Source of the DNA: Octopus bimaculoides
Taxonomy: Eukaryota
Direction of reading: 5' to 3'
NCBI RefSeq assembly: GCF_001194135.2
Contig: NC_068992.1
Span: forward strand, 19,330,422 to 19,386,525
DNA: 56,104 nucleotides
Shown here: positions 37,920 through 51,125 of the stretch, in pieces
Layout: every line of letters starts with the position of its first letter
Numbering within the stretch: the first letter of the stretch is position 1
Program-made: the position numbers and the translations under genes
Notes under the pieces: generated by a model
Told to the model about the DNA's origin: nothing
The model's input: only the letters and a program-made list of their open reading frames with translations
Database searches by the model: none

Positions 37920-38305
37920 CTGAAATTATTTTACTACTATCAGGTTCAATGAAACGTAGTCTCTGATTATTATAACGACTTTTTATTAGAAAAATATTTA
38001 ATCGTTTCCAATTAAGCAGTAGCTTATGCGAAATTAATAATGAATAACCTGGCTGCAGTTGAGTACTACACAGTACAGTGACATCAGTGGGATGAAAAGC
38101 TTCATTTGAGAAATTTACTAATAAGGCATCCATCAATTCAAGTATTAAGTACATGACTGAGAATCACTAGTTTACAAATTGTAATTGAATGACATGACTT
38201 ATGTTGTTTCGTACCATGAATAATTCACACCTGTTTGAAACCATTTATTTTACTCTGAATAAATTTTTCTGTCGCAAAAAATTACGTTTGAAGATTTAAA
38301 TTTAA

Positions 38306-38503
38306 ATTATTTACATTCGACGGATATTTTTCCTCAACTTGTTTGTTGCTAAGACAACGTTTCGGCTGATATACCCTCCAGCCTTCATCAGGTGTATTGG
38401 GTAAACTTCGAACATTAATGTTGTTGTTCAGGTCACTGCTTGGAGTCGAACTCGGAATCTTAGGGTTAGTAGCCCGCGCTCTTAACCACTATGCCATATG
38501 CCC
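38306..38503 (-). mobile_element. family C repeat: tRNA-derived head plus hammerhead-like body (SINE-like)
   Basis: Head 38503-38431 GGGCATATGGCATAGTGGTTAAGAGCGCGGGCTACTAACCCTAAGATTCCGAGTTCGACTCCAAGCAGTGACC has A-box TGGCATAGTGG and B-box GAGTTCGACTCC; body homologous to 36920-37035 and 54279-54366. Confidence 0.75.
38352..38395 (-). ncRNA. minimal type I hammerhead ribozyme-like motif
   Basis: ACAC-CUGAUGA-A-GGCUG(gaggguauau)CAGCC-GAAAC-GUU-GUCU: both core boxes, a 5-bp helix II, palindromic ACGU in place of helix III, and a GUU triplet. Extra A before helix II and one helix I mismatch; activity unproven. Confidence 0.55.
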
Positions 38504-39449
38504 TTTTACCCGCACCCACTTATTACACTTGGTATAACACTAGTGTAACAATAATTGGGTACCCTCCCAGCAGTATATTGGATAGATAATATCCCCTAGT
38601 GGGTTGAATCCTCAACCCCTAACTCTCTTGCATTATATATATANNNNNNNNNNNNNNNNNNNNNNNNNNNNNNNNNNNNNNNNNNNNNNNNNNNNNNNNN
38701 NNNNNNNNNNNNNNNNNNNNNNNNNNNATAAAGAATAATGAACCATAAAATACATTTTTATTTCTCAAAATGAAACAAAACTAACAGGAAGATGGTTTTT
38801 TTTTGTATGTTTCCACTTAATCTATATTTGAAAAGTTTTCACCCACTTCTTTTAATGGCAAAACCTTTCATCGGAACCTAATTAGGACACAATGAATACT
38901 TCGAAATTATATTTCTGATTATATAAACCACTTTGAATCTTACTTTGGGAAGTTTCAAGTTGTTATTTTTGTGCCGTAAAACACTTACCATTTCTATGGT
39001 GAGCTGTGAATTGGGACCCGACACTGTAACATATTTTTGTCTTTGTTTTTAACAAGCTATTGCCTTTCTTGAAGCTGTGATGTGATCTCTGAGTACCTCT
39101 AGTGAAGGAGACCAATACGTTTAATATTGCTAGATATATTTATGTTATTGAGTGAGAGATCACCGCAAGCTATCAAAGTGACGTTGGGATACAAATACAC
39201 TAATCTTCCTTTATGATTAATCCAGCTTTGAAGAGTACATCAAATAACTTCGAACTCAATACCCAGAAAGTGTTATGAAAAACCATAATATTTCTAGGTA
39301 GTTATTTCTTCCAGTATTCTGGTAAATGGTAAGTGAGCATTTCAATTACAAGTTACAGAATCAAAATTATATAAAACTTACTAACAAATGTCTCGCAAAC
39401 TGAAATCTAAATGAGATTTGTTTCAAAATATACGAATGAAAAAGAGTGA

Positions 39450-39570
<121 letters not shown>

Positions 39571-40019
39571 TGAATAAGGTGAATAGGAAATATTTACCTT
39601 ATCTTGTTTATCAGCTTAAATACAGGATAGATAATGAAAATATACTTGGATTAAATTTGATTAAATATCATAATAATATGAACCAGTATACTTAGTATTT
39701 CCAATGAGAAATAAATAGACATTTTATCGCAGCAATTACTGAACACAAATAAACCTTCAAAGCCATAAAATAATATAGTATAATTGAGGTTGTCGCTTAG
39801 GGAAAAGGCTAGCAAGAGTTCAGATTACTAGGTGAGTGAAAGACTAGAAGAATATAATAAATATATACTAACATATAAAATAAAAAAGTAGACGATCACA
39901 ATTGTAAGGGTGAGTAGAGCAAATATTGTAGGGGTATATCTATAATGAAAACGCTTCATTGAAATTTTGGACCGAGAGAGTAAGAGAGTGAAAGAAACAT
40001 AGAATGAGACCGTTATATG

Positions 40020-40150
<131 letters not shown>

Positions 40151-40984
40151 GCATGTGTATGTGTGGGGGGATGGAGTGAGTGTGGGGAAACAGAATTATA
40201 GACATACTGGCCTTCCATGCAAAATGTTATACTGCTTCACTTTAATAGCGGATGTCATATTAACGTTTTCTGGTCATAAAGTCACAGATTTGATTCAGAA
40301 GCTATACGAGATAAATTCATAATATTCAGTATTTCCTAACCATAACAAATGTTACAAGTATGCTTCAGTGTCAAAGACAATGTCAAAGACATGGACAATG
40401 AGCGAGAAAAAGAGAGATAGAAAGAGAGAAAGAGAGAGAAAGAAGGAGGAGTGAGAGAAAGCAAGACAGAGAGACAGCCAGAGAAAGACAGAGGTAGAGA
40501 CAGACAAAGCGGGAGATGGAGAGAGAGATAGAGGGAGTGAGTGTTAGGGGTAATTTTATCAGATAAAAACAATAGTTGTATAAGTGTGTATTGGAAAAAG
40601 AAATGTTACCACTGCGCATCTATGTTATTGGAAAAGCTATAGATGTGTGGCTGTCATGATTATGGTTATTCGCTATTGCCAATAATGACATAATGCTTTA
40701 TAACTATACAGAGTATATCAGTGATATGTTTCCTCCTTTTTGGCCTTTTGCTACCATAGGAAATGTAATAAAATTTGTTTCACTGTAATAGTGAAGATCA
40801 TGCCAATGACTCGATTACGCTGACTTATTTCTATAAAATAAAAAATGCGGTTTGTTTGTCAGCCATAGATAGAGACAGAAAAATTGATCCGTCTTAGATA
40901 TGAGATTTCGGTGCTGATTTCTTCTACTTGGATTAATACAGATCTTTATCTTTCATCTTATGCATGTTGTACACATGAGACTTA

Positions 40985-41130
40985 CGGTCATGCTGGAGCA
41001 GCACTTTGAAGGGATTTAGTCAAACAAATCGATCGCAATATTTGTTCCGTAACCCTTGCATTTGTTGCCGAACCAGAAAGGTATGGGAACGCTAGCGAAA
41101 CGCGGGGTGGGGGGATGGACAAACATCAAT
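40985..41130 (-). mobile_element. SINE family A, diverged and internally deleted copy
   Basis: CGGTCATGCTGGAGCAGCACTTTGAAGGG.TTTAGTCAAACAAATCGA..TTGCCGAACC..GGGGGATGGACAAAC. Confidence 0.5.
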
Positions 41131-41673
41131 ATTCCATGGAACAGGCTTGATAGTTATTGAAAGATTTCACACTTAACGTGAAACCAATGGTAGCCTTAAC
41201 TCATAAATAATGAATTTTTATCCACCCGTATAGACACCCACACATAAAAACACACGCAACATATACAAACATACATACATAAATACATACATACGTATAT
41301 ATATATATATATNNNNNNNNNNNNNNNNNNNNNNNNNNNNNNNNNNNNNNNNNNNNNNNNNNNNNNNNNNNNNNNNNNNNNNNNNNNNNNNNNNNNNNNN
41401 NNNNNNNNNNNNNNNNNNNNNNNNNNNNNNNNNNNNNNNNNNNNNNNNNNNNNNNNNNNNNNNNNNNNNNNNNNNNNNNNNNNNNNNNNNNNNNNNNNNN
41501 NNNNNNNNNNNNNNNNNNNNNNNNNNNNNNNNNNNNNNNNNNNNNNNNNNNNNNNNNNNNNNNNNNNNNNNNNNNNNNNNNNNNGCGGCTGTAGCTGAAT
41601 ACAATTGTCGAAGATACAATGAAAAATATCTGAACGTCCAGTCACGTGGCTGCAAGGTAAACGTTTTAAGGAC

Positions 41674-41723
<50 letters not shown>

Positions 41724-41859
41724 ACACACATATGCACTTGTGTAAATACGGATATATTGTTTGAAGCGGTGCAAAGTTATATATTCATGATTAAGGGACG
41801 AAAGCCCTAAATAGATTTTCACCAAGTCCTGACTGCTGTCATTTCTTTGTCCACCCAAA

Positions 41860-42140
41860 TACGACGGGTGTTCGTTAAAGAGTTCACCTGATACACTTCC
41901 CAATAACTTCGATAAACGAAACTTAGCATAATCATTAGTCCTTCTCTACATAACCATCAGCAATGGTGACCCACTTCTCACATCGCTTTCTGCAGCTGTG
42001 AAGATCTCGTCTGTAGGAGTCGGTAGGTTGCGTCTGAGGCCAAAATTTTACCTCGGATATATGTTCATCATCGTCCGAAAAGTGCTTCCCGTCAAAAAAA
42101 AACAAAAAAACTTCAAGGTGGGGTGAGAATGATGTGAAAG
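41860..42140 (-). mobile_element. mariner transposon 3' relic: transposase C-terminus plus TIR
   Basis: Minus translation SFSPHLEVFLFFFDGKHFSDDDEHISEVKFWPQTQPTDSYRRDLHSCRKRCEKWVTIADGYVEKD* matches the mariner tail (YSPDL..GKRF.DDDE....VK.WL..Q...FY..GI.....RWEKC.....G.YVEK); terminal TACGACGGGTGTTCG at 41860. Confidence 0.85.
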
Positions 42141-43187
42141 TCAGATAGAGCAATTGTACATGATAAAATAAAAATATACAAATACACATATTTTTTCAAT
42201 CTATAAATAAATAAATATATTAAATATGTATATATGTATAAATTAATTGATTTTAAAAACGTTAAAATGTACGTGCGTAGTAAAACATATTAGAGAAAGT
42301 CTGAAGTAGTAATGGAAGCGAACTAAAAGATACAGTGAGGAGCGAAGTAAAAATTCAGGACAGTTAAAATAAGTTACAGTAGGGTACCAACGGCCGTTTC
42401 TGGGAGTTCACTGCCGAAAAATAAAGTACCTGTTATTTGGCAATTCCTCCTTCTTCAGGGTAACTCGTTTTCCATGACGAAAACCAGTTCTTATGTGCGC
42501 ATGCGCTTGTGTCCCTTTTTGCGTGTGTGCGTGTTCGTGTGGGCGTATATGTGTATGTGTGTATGGCAGATGTTCGCTGCAGTGTGGTTTTGCCCACTGT
42601 GCTGCTGCTGTCCTAAGACCCGAAAATATGGTACAGTTCCTGTATTCCTCTGTGTATGTGCTTTCGTCCACGGTGTTGCCATCGTGATAGTTGTTGTTAT
42701 TGCCATCGTTTTTACCGTCGCTTTTGCTGTCGTTGTTAATCGTGTTGTTGACATTGTTGCAGTCGTCCTTGAATTTTTTTTCGTTTGTTTTTGTATGCGT
42801 ATATGGGTTCATTTCGCATGTTGCATGTATCCGTACTCTTTATATAGATTTACTTATTTATTTTATCTATTTTTGCATCTTATATTTATCACAGGTTTGT
42901 GACGAATATATAAATATTATATATACATATATCTTTTCACATCTATCTCTATTTCTCATCAGTATCAGAGGTAAATGTATATATATGTATATTGTTTGTG
43001 TATTACCCTGAGTGTTTCTGTCTATTATTTATGAGTTTGTTTTCCTCTCTCTTCTCATCTATTATGTCTTTAGTTGAGAAGAGAGACGAAAAGAAAAAAA
43101 ATCGTAAATAATACACAGAGAGATACAGGGTAATGAACACAAATATTTATGAAAGATACAGAGAGGTATATATTGATATATACTTAT

Positions 43188-43218
<31 letters not shown>

Positions 43219-43633
43219 NNNNNNNNNNNNNNNNNNNNNNNNNNNNNNNNNNNNNNNNNNNNNNNNNNNNNNNNNNNNNNNNNNNNNNNNNNNNNNNNNN
43301 NNNNNNNNNNNNNNNNNNNNNNNNNNNNNNNNNNNNNNNNNNNNNNNNNNNNNNNNNNNNNNNNNNNNNNNNNNNNNNNNNNNNNNNNNNNNNNNNNNNN
43401 NNNNNNNNNNNNNNNNNNNNNNNNNNNNNNNNNNNNNNNNNNNNNNNNNNNNNNNNNNNNNNNNNNNNNNNNNNNNNNNNNNNNNNNNNNNNNNNNNNNN
43501 NNNNNNNNNNNNNNNNNNNNNNNNNNNNNNNNNNNNNNNNNNNNNNNNNNNNNNNNNNNNNNNNNNNNNNNNNNNNNNNNNNNNNNNNNNNNNNNNNNNN
43601 NNNNNNNNNNNNNNNNNNNNNNNNNNNNNNNNN

Positions 43634-43679
<46 letters not shown>

Positions 43680-43769
43680 ATATATACACACACACACAAA
43701 CCCACAGACACATATATATATATATGTATGTATGTTCGTGTGTATGTGTGTGTGAGTGTGTGTATGTTC

Positions 43770-43945
43770 GTATGTCTGTGTTTGTCCCCAACATCACTTG
43801 ACAAGCGATGCTAGTGCGTTTACCTCACCGTAATTTAGCGGTTCAGCAAAATAGAACGACATAATGCATACTAGGTGTATGAAGAAGACCTGGGGTCGAT
43901 TCGCTCCACTAAAGGCGATGCTTCATCATGGCCCCAGTCATGCAT
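43770..43945 (+). mobile_element. SINE family A 3' body, diverged
   Basis: GTCTGTGTTTGTCCCCAACATCACTTGACAAGCGATGCTAGTGCGTTTAC..CCTGGGGTCGATTCGCTCCACTAAAGGCGATGCT. Confidence 0.7.
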
Positions 43946-43970
43946 AAACACACAAGCACACACATACACA

Positions 43971-44022
<52 letters not shown>

Positions 44023-44786
44023 GGGTGTACATTAATACGGAGGTATATTCGCTTATTTATATTCATGCTTACATCTGGGAACTCTTACAATTATTATGAG
44101 TTACGTTCTTGCCATTCAAATGAAAATATATTCTAGTTATGCGCACAGTCTACAAATGTACTAAGAAACATAATAATCTTACGAATTGATATTGACCATG
44201 ATGTGTTATTCAGGTTTGAACGCTATTCAAAACTAAGCACAGTGAATTCTCTCTCTCTATATATAGAGGAAATTAGAATGTGTGAATAGTTTTCATAAGA
44301 AGCATTAATATGAGACATACTGAAAGATCACCATGCAAAACCTATATTTCAAACATTTTCTTAACCCTGTCATTATCGTCCATCTCGTCTCTCTATTTGC
44401 TAGTCTAAGTTGACGGTATTTAATTTACAGTAGGTTTAATGTTGAAGAAAGTCTTGCGTCCTTTCACGTTTTCTTGGATCGTAATAGACCGAACTATTAC
44501 TTAAATCAAGCTACATTGAATGTATGAGAATTTGATCTTAGAGCAGGCCCTACAGTTTTTTTCTTTCAATTATCTAAACCGAAAATTGATAATTTAAAGT
44601 GTTTTTTTTTGTTTTTTTTTATCATGTAACGTGTTGTACAATATTTAAAGTTTAGTGTAGCCGCGTAGATTTTAATGTCGGATAAAATTTTATGGATTTC
44701 TTTCTTTCTTTCTTTCTTTCTTTCATGTCATCATTCATTAAGTAATTCGTCCGCGAAGCAAATTTCCCTCGAAAAATGGAAATCAG

Positions 44787-44862
<76 letters not shown>

Positions 44863-45149
44863 GTTTTCTATTCTGCTTTCTAGATAATCTTCGAATGTGA
44901 GCCTGTGGGAATGAGTTTTATATTTTCGTCCATAATATGATCTTCGAATAGCCGAGAAGGTATATAATTTTCTGTTTTGATTTTTTTTTCTTTGCTTGCA
45001 ATGTTCACCGATCTGTCACTTTCAAATTGACTTTCAGTATGCTATCGTTTGTAATGGATGACTAATGGTACGGAAAATAATTTCAACGAAATAAACAGTT
45101 CGTGACTTGATCATATTGTTCCAAATTTTGCTACGAAGCTAGCAATCAG

Positions 45150-45300
45150 GAAGAGGTTAGTCGATTACATCGACCTCAGTACTTTAGTGATACAATGAAT
45201 ATCGAGGTCGAATGATGAAAAGCAAAATTAACCTCGGCATAATTTTCACGCTGACCATGAAGAACACAAAAAAAAAAACAGTTGCTAAGCATTTTGTCCG
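45150..45300 (-). mobile_element. SINE family B fragment
   Basis: GTCGATTACATCGACCTCAGT..GATGAAAAGCAAAATTAACCTCGGCATAATTT; shares words with 16058 and 50130. Confidence 0.5.
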
Positions 45301-45344
45301 ACGTGATAATAACAGTGCCAGCTTACCACCTTTTTTTTTTCTTT

Positions 45345-45428
45345 TTCTTCTTCTTCTTCTTCTTCTTCTTCTTCTTCTTCTTCTTCTTCTTCTTCTTCTT
45401 CTTCTTCTTCTTCTTCTTCTTCTTCTTC
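45345..45428. repeat. (CTT)n microsatellite
   Basis: Direct triplet tract running into a gap. Confidence 0.95.
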
Positions 45429-46591
45429 NNNNNNNNNNNNNNNNNNNNNNNNNNNNNNNNNNNNNNNNNNNNNNNNNNNNNNNNNNNNNNNNNNNNNNNN
45501 NNNNNNNNNNNNNNNNNNNNNNNNNNNNNNNNNNNNNNNNNNNNNNNNNNNNNNNNNNNNNNNNNNNNNNNNNNNNNNNNNNNNNNNNNNNNNNNNNNNN
45601 NNNNNNNNNNNNNNNNNNNNNNNNNNNNNNNNNNNNATATATATGCACTCGCTCACGCATACATTCATAATATCCACAGTAACTAAGAGGCCTTTAATAG
45701 GTCACGGTTATGCAATTAGACTTCTAAATTATTTGACGACTGTCATGAAAAAGGCATTTAGATCTTATAATCCATTACAAAATGCTGTTATTGTTTGGCG
45801 AACACATCTCTTTAAAATAGGTTTTCTTTTTGCATAGCTGTAAGGATTGTTTGCTGCGATTTTCCACTTCACTACTGAAACTATGGAAACCTTTACACAC
45901 ACAGAAATATAAAAAAACAAAATAGAAATGAAATATGGATTAATCCTGTATGTTTGGCATTAGTAAGTCATATTTAATATTCAACGAGCTAGACAAGCGT
46001 AAAGAATATGAGGAATTTTCTGTGTTTCAGAGGTGAACATTTCGGGTGACTTGCGAAGGAAGAAATAAATATTATTTCGAAGAACAGAAACGGTACATTT
46101 AGTTGATACTAGAAAAGAAAAGAATAAAATATTTCTTAGAGTAGGCGTCACATTAATTAATCACTCGATATCTCAAGGCTGAAATTGCTAGAGTTATAAA
46201 GGAGAGTTTGCGAATTATATCTCGTAGTAAAATCATTTTCTAAAAGTAAGCCAGATCTGGAAATTCTGTTTGCAAATACTGGGTCTAATGAAAGGCTAAC
46301 ACTATTTGATATAATGAAATAGGCTCCTCATAATTTCACCTTCAAAAGTGTAACGGTAAAATAACACTCCAAATTTGAAGAGCAATACTCTGGGTTTATG
46401 TGTATATACACGTACACACACACACATCTCGTTTTTAACGACTGAACTTCAGGCAGATAAAACTATAACATTTAAATACTATGTTCAAAAACGTTCTGGG
46501 GAGAAAAGTCGAAGTCTGCTCATAGTATGTATATATATATAATATCTTTAGATTCATATATACATACATACACACACACATACACACCTAC

Positions 46592-46622
<31 letters not shown>

Positions 46623-47399
46623 NNNNNNNNNNNNNNNNNNNNNNNNNNNNNNNNNNNNNNNNNNNNNNNNNNNNNNNNNNNNNNNNNNNNNNNNNNNNNN
46701 NNNNNNNNNNNNNNNNNNNNNNNNNNNNNNNNNNNNNNNNNNNNNNNNNNNNNNNNNNNNNNNNNNNNNNNNNNNNNNNNNNNNNNNNNNNNNNNNNNNN
46801 NNNNNNNNNNNNNNNNNNNNNNNNNNNNNNNNNNNNNNNNNNNNNNNNNNNNNNNNNNNNNNNNNNNNNNNNNNNNNNNNNNNNNNNNNNNNNNNNNNNN
46901 NNNNNNNNNNNNNNNNNNNNNNNNNNNNNNNNNNNNNNNNNNNNNNNNNNNNNNNNNNNNNNNNNNNNNNNNNNNNNNNNNNNNNNNNNNNNNNNNNNNN
47001 NNNNNNNNNNNNNNNNNNNNNNNNNNNNNNNNNNNNNNNNNNNNNNNNNNATATATATATGATACAGAGAGGGAGAGAGAGGGGGGAACGGACAGACAGA
47101 CTGAGAGACAGAGAGTTGGAGTAGGAGAGATGCAAGTCAGTGGACGAAGGGAGGCAACTCGTTTATTGAATTCGGTAAACTGAGTCAAAATGTGCTAAGA
47201 TTCTGTAAGAATCCTGCTAGACCGTAAGTCACACAGAAGTGAATTAAGATGTTTTAAACATTAATAATACTAATAATAACGCACATCCACCGACACACAT
47301 ACACACACATATATACTTATATAGGTATTTGCCTAAGATGCCACCCCTGCTCCTGACAACTCGTGACGTTTTTTTTTTGTTTTTGTTTTTTCACCATTC

Positions 47400-48260
47400 A
47401 CTTGCAACATGAAGATGAGACTGGAGATTCGTTCGGCCTCTGAGTGCTTTGAACAATTTGGAAGCTTAGAATTTTCTGCAAATATTTCTATATCCTGATT
47501 CATGACATTAGCGACGTCATCTCTGTTTAAAATTATGTCGGGAGTTCGGTTCATGAAAGTACCTTGGAACACACAGTGCAGTCTTCTGTTGTGTTTAAGT
47601 GCATTCCGTCGATCAATACTGGTTTGATACTTTGTAGACAGATTTACTTCACTCATTGCATTAGTTTTCTATAGACTCCTGCGAAAGACAGTCAACTAGT
47701 AAATCTTGTCATCGTCTACGTCAAAGGACCTGAGGAAAAGCGGCGCTTGAAATTTCAAAACTTTTGGAATATCGTCAAAGCTTTGTGAAAGCTATATGAA
47801 GCAGTCTTTGCTGATTAGGGTTCAGGATATTGTTGCTCTCCAGTAAGTAAGTTATTTTTGATCGCACCTTCTTCTCAAATACTTTATGACATGATACTGA
47901 AGTTTGGACGCTAGCAACATGTTTCCAAAACTGGGTTAGACAATATTCGAGTATTACTAGCCTGCACTAAATCATGTTCCTTTTTCTCTTCTCTTTTTAC
48001 ATATATTATCTACAGTAGGTACAGGATAGGATCGGAATTCTTTGAAAATACTTTAGGAGTCTTGATATGGACATTCAACAGAATCACGTTAATTTTGTTA
48101 TATCCTCTGCTGAAGTTTTTTGCATTGATACTGTTGGGTCACTGAAGACGAGACTGTAGTTTCGGGAGAATCTTCGCCTTTTATTTACCATTATTGTGAA
48201 GGATGATTTTTCTATCAAACTGTAAACTGATAGATGAAAACTATGGCCCAATATTCGGTG
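47400..48260 (-). mobile_element. CR1/L2/Jockey-type LINE reverse transcriptase relic
   Basis: Minus-strand pieces in the correct order: KAKIL..NYSLVFSDP; KVFEKKVRSKITYLLESNNILNPNQ (cf. KVxERIV..I..FL..N.LL...QHGFR); IAFTKAFD-like across a frameshift; VFQGT (VPQGS); IFAENSKL (decayed FADDTKL). Confidence 0.75.
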
Positions 48261-48827
48261 TGAAATAAAGGAAGATGTTTTAGTGTTTATTGAAATGTAT
48301 TTCTTTTGCTAGAGTATTCACAAAGGCTCTATGTGATTGCAGATAGTTAAAAGTCTAGAGGTTCTTCTCGTCACTATGTTTATTAACAACGTCGATGTAT
48401 TGGCATAAATTGAAATATCCATTCAATAAGTATAGTGTTGATCGGATATCTTGAAACTACGTCTTGCACTGTAGAAATCTCTTCACTTTAATTAGCTGAT
48501 ACTTAAATACGGCTGAAGTTAGTTTTGAAAATCTGATAACTGAGTAAATCTCTATAAAACGTTAGACGCGTAAAAGTGATTTATCACTAACATACAGTTT
48601 CCCTTCCGTGTTGTCAGATTGGATATCATAGCAATGACATCAGAGATCAACAGATTTTCGTGATCAGCTACATCTTATTGTTCCTCCTATCACACGACAC
48701 ATTCATCATCCAATCATCATTTTGATGAAATGATTTTATGATAAAGTGTCTCATCCAACTGACAATCCGGCCAAACTAGCCAACAATGAGATTATTTTTG
48801 TTCAGTTGGCATTTGCAATTCTCTCTC

Positions 48828-48845
48828 TCTATCTATCTATCTATC

Positions 48846-48903
<58 letters not shown>
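48828..48903. repeat. (TATC)n microsatellite
   Basis: Direct tetranucleotide tract. Confidence 0.95.
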
Positions 48904-48904
<1 letters not shown>

Positions 48905-48949
48905 ATGTGTGTGTATGTGTGTGCACGTGTGTGTGTATATGTTTTTATG

Positions 48950-48998
<49 letters not shown>

Positions 48999-49541
48999 GT
49001 TTATATCTGTGCGTGCGAGTGCATATAATCAGATGCCATCCAGACAATGTAACTCAATATGAACTCTGCCTAAATAGCAACATACGTGTATGTGATGTGC
49101 GCGTCCATTCAATGGTTAGCTTTATGCATTCATCATTGTGATTAGAGTTTGTCGAGTCCTTCACTAAAAACCGAATGGTTGACGTTTCGCATACTGCCTC
49201 CGACTGTTTATTAGGGTACTTCACAACTCTCAAAAAGATGTCGTTGTGAAATAAAATACAATGTTTCATTACTAAAAAAAAGTGTCAGTAAATAAAGCTG
49301 CTGAATGTGTTGTCGTTGTTAATGTTTTGTCCTTAAGCAGTATATTATATCATATATTTTTTTTTCTTGACCTCAGCCTATGATCGAAAGTAATTCTTGG
49401 CATCACAATCGGTCGCTTATAAATAAGAAAGTTGCATTTAACACGAGTTAGAACTAATTATTTCTCATACATGTTAATATTCAAAACTGATATCACTAAG
49501 ATTGTATAATCTGTTTGCAACCATGGTTTCCCTGGGTTTAT

Positions 49542-49632
49542 TACGAGGGGGTGCTGAAAATTCCCTGGTTTTGAGTACAAGAAATTACTAGAGGATTAGT
49601 TAATTATGATTTTATCCAACATATTCACCTCT
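49542..49632. mobile_element. one-ended fragment of the 36748 MITE family
   Basis: TACGAGGGGGTGCTGAAAATTCCCTGGTTTTGAGT..GAAA.TAC.AGAGGA.TAGTTAATTATGATTTTATCCAACATATTC aligns to 36748-36835. Confidence 0.75.
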
Positions 49633-49794
49633 TTATGAAGTTTTGTTAGAGTAGAAAGCAATTTGTTAATAATGGCAAGATATAATTCATTTGAGAAGTG
49701 CACCAAGATTGCAACAACCACTAATATCTCCAATAATTTAACTTTTTGTTTAATGTACAAAATTGTTTTGTTATTTATCTTTTATATTTTATAT

Positions 49795-50060
49795 ATTTCA
49801 GTCACTGGACTGTAGCCATGCCGGAGCACCGTTTTGAAGGGTTTAATCAAACAAACCGCCCTCAGTTCTTAATTTTTAGCCTGGGTCTTATTGTATCGGT
49901 CACTTTTGCCGAATTACTACTTATGGGGACATAAATAAACCAAAACTGACTACCAAGTGGTGGTGTAGGAGAAACACAAAAAACATACATACACACATGC
50001 ATGGACATATATGACTTGGTTCCTTCAGGTTTAATCAACGAAATCTGCTCCCAAGGCCTG
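49795..50060 (-). mobile_element. SINE family A, diverged copy
   Basis: TTTCAGTCACTGGACTGTAGCCATGCCGGAGCACCG..TATCGGTCACTTTTGCCGAA..ATGGGGACATAAATAAACC. Confidence 0.65.
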
Positions 50061-50245
50061 AAATTTGGGATTGTGAGAGGTCCAGTTCATTACATTAATC
50101 CCAAATCCTTAATGGTTCTTATTTCAGAGACTCCGAAGGAATGAAAGGCAGAGTCGACCTCGGCGGAATTAGTATTTAAAACATAAAGATGGACGAAATG
50201 TCATTAAGCATATTATCTGGAATGCGAGCGATTCTGCCAGTTTTG
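50061..50245 (-). mobile_element. SINE family B copy
   Basis: GAAGGAATGAAAGGCAGAGTCGACCTCGGCGGAATT..GGACGAAATG..TAAGCAT..GCGATTCTGCCAG. Confidence 0.7.
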
Positions 50246-50618
50246 TGCTTTTAACCACCGCAGAACTGAAAATACCGTGTAGTACACAAATATCGTAGAT
50301 GCTGAAACATAGAAGTCATGCATACAGGTGTTTTACGTATTCAATAAAAATTATCTCTTTTTGTCCACATTCAACATCACATTTTCATACCGATTATTAA
50401 TGAATGGAAATCATGGAATGCATTATTCAGGCTCATTCAGTAACTTAATCCATACCTCTCAGCAACTATCCTTAATAATTTCATTGTTGAGATAGAAATC
50501 TATTTGATCACAGTCTTCTTTTATATCAACGTCGTTTTTCTTTGTTAGTGAAATAAAATGTTATCCTGTCCTCAACGCCATAGTTGCTTATCTCCAAATA
50601 GATCGTTAAATTTTTCAG

Positions 50619-51125
50619 CTTGTTCAAATTTCAGTAGTTAAATTTGAAATAAATGGCTGTAAATTAAAGAATTATTCTAATGAGATACTAAATCCGACCA
50701 TTAATTTTTGTGCGGAACGTTCCTACCTGAGCCGAAACTTAGCTAGTTTATCAAAATTTTACAGTTTTGACAGCGTAGTTGAAGTATCAATACAGAACGA
50801 TTTTCTACCATATGCGAGTTCTACGTGGGCTGATTGCAACTGGTCTGCTCAGTGTGCATTCGAACGTAACGCCGAATCATTAATGTTTCTTTTATAATCC
50901 TACCAACATATGTATATGTTTGGAGCCAACCAAAATTCAGTTGTTCCACTATTTGTTATTTCACACGGAATTTTATTAGTTGTTGTTGAGTCTGAAGGAA
51001 AAGAAAACCTAGGAATGAACGACTTGATTTCAGTAAACTATGTTGATGTTCAGTCACTGGCCAAGAATGCAGCACTTAAAAATATGCCACTCAGTAAAAA
51101 GGTAGAAATATTTGAAAATATATGA
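50619..51125 (+). pseudogene. long plus-strand frame with one internal stop (92 + 75 codons); decayed coding sequence or two exons
   Basis: Open 50619-50894 after aaatttttcag|, TAA at 50895, same frame open 50898-51122; internal ttttattag| (50979) and AAG|gtagaa (51102) would give a 122-nt exon. No family recognised. Confidence 0.3.

Noticed and set aside
38431-38503. Functional tRNA-Ser(ACT) gene
   Set aside because: Acceptor, D, anticodon and T stems have multiple mismatches; it is better explained as a SINE head.
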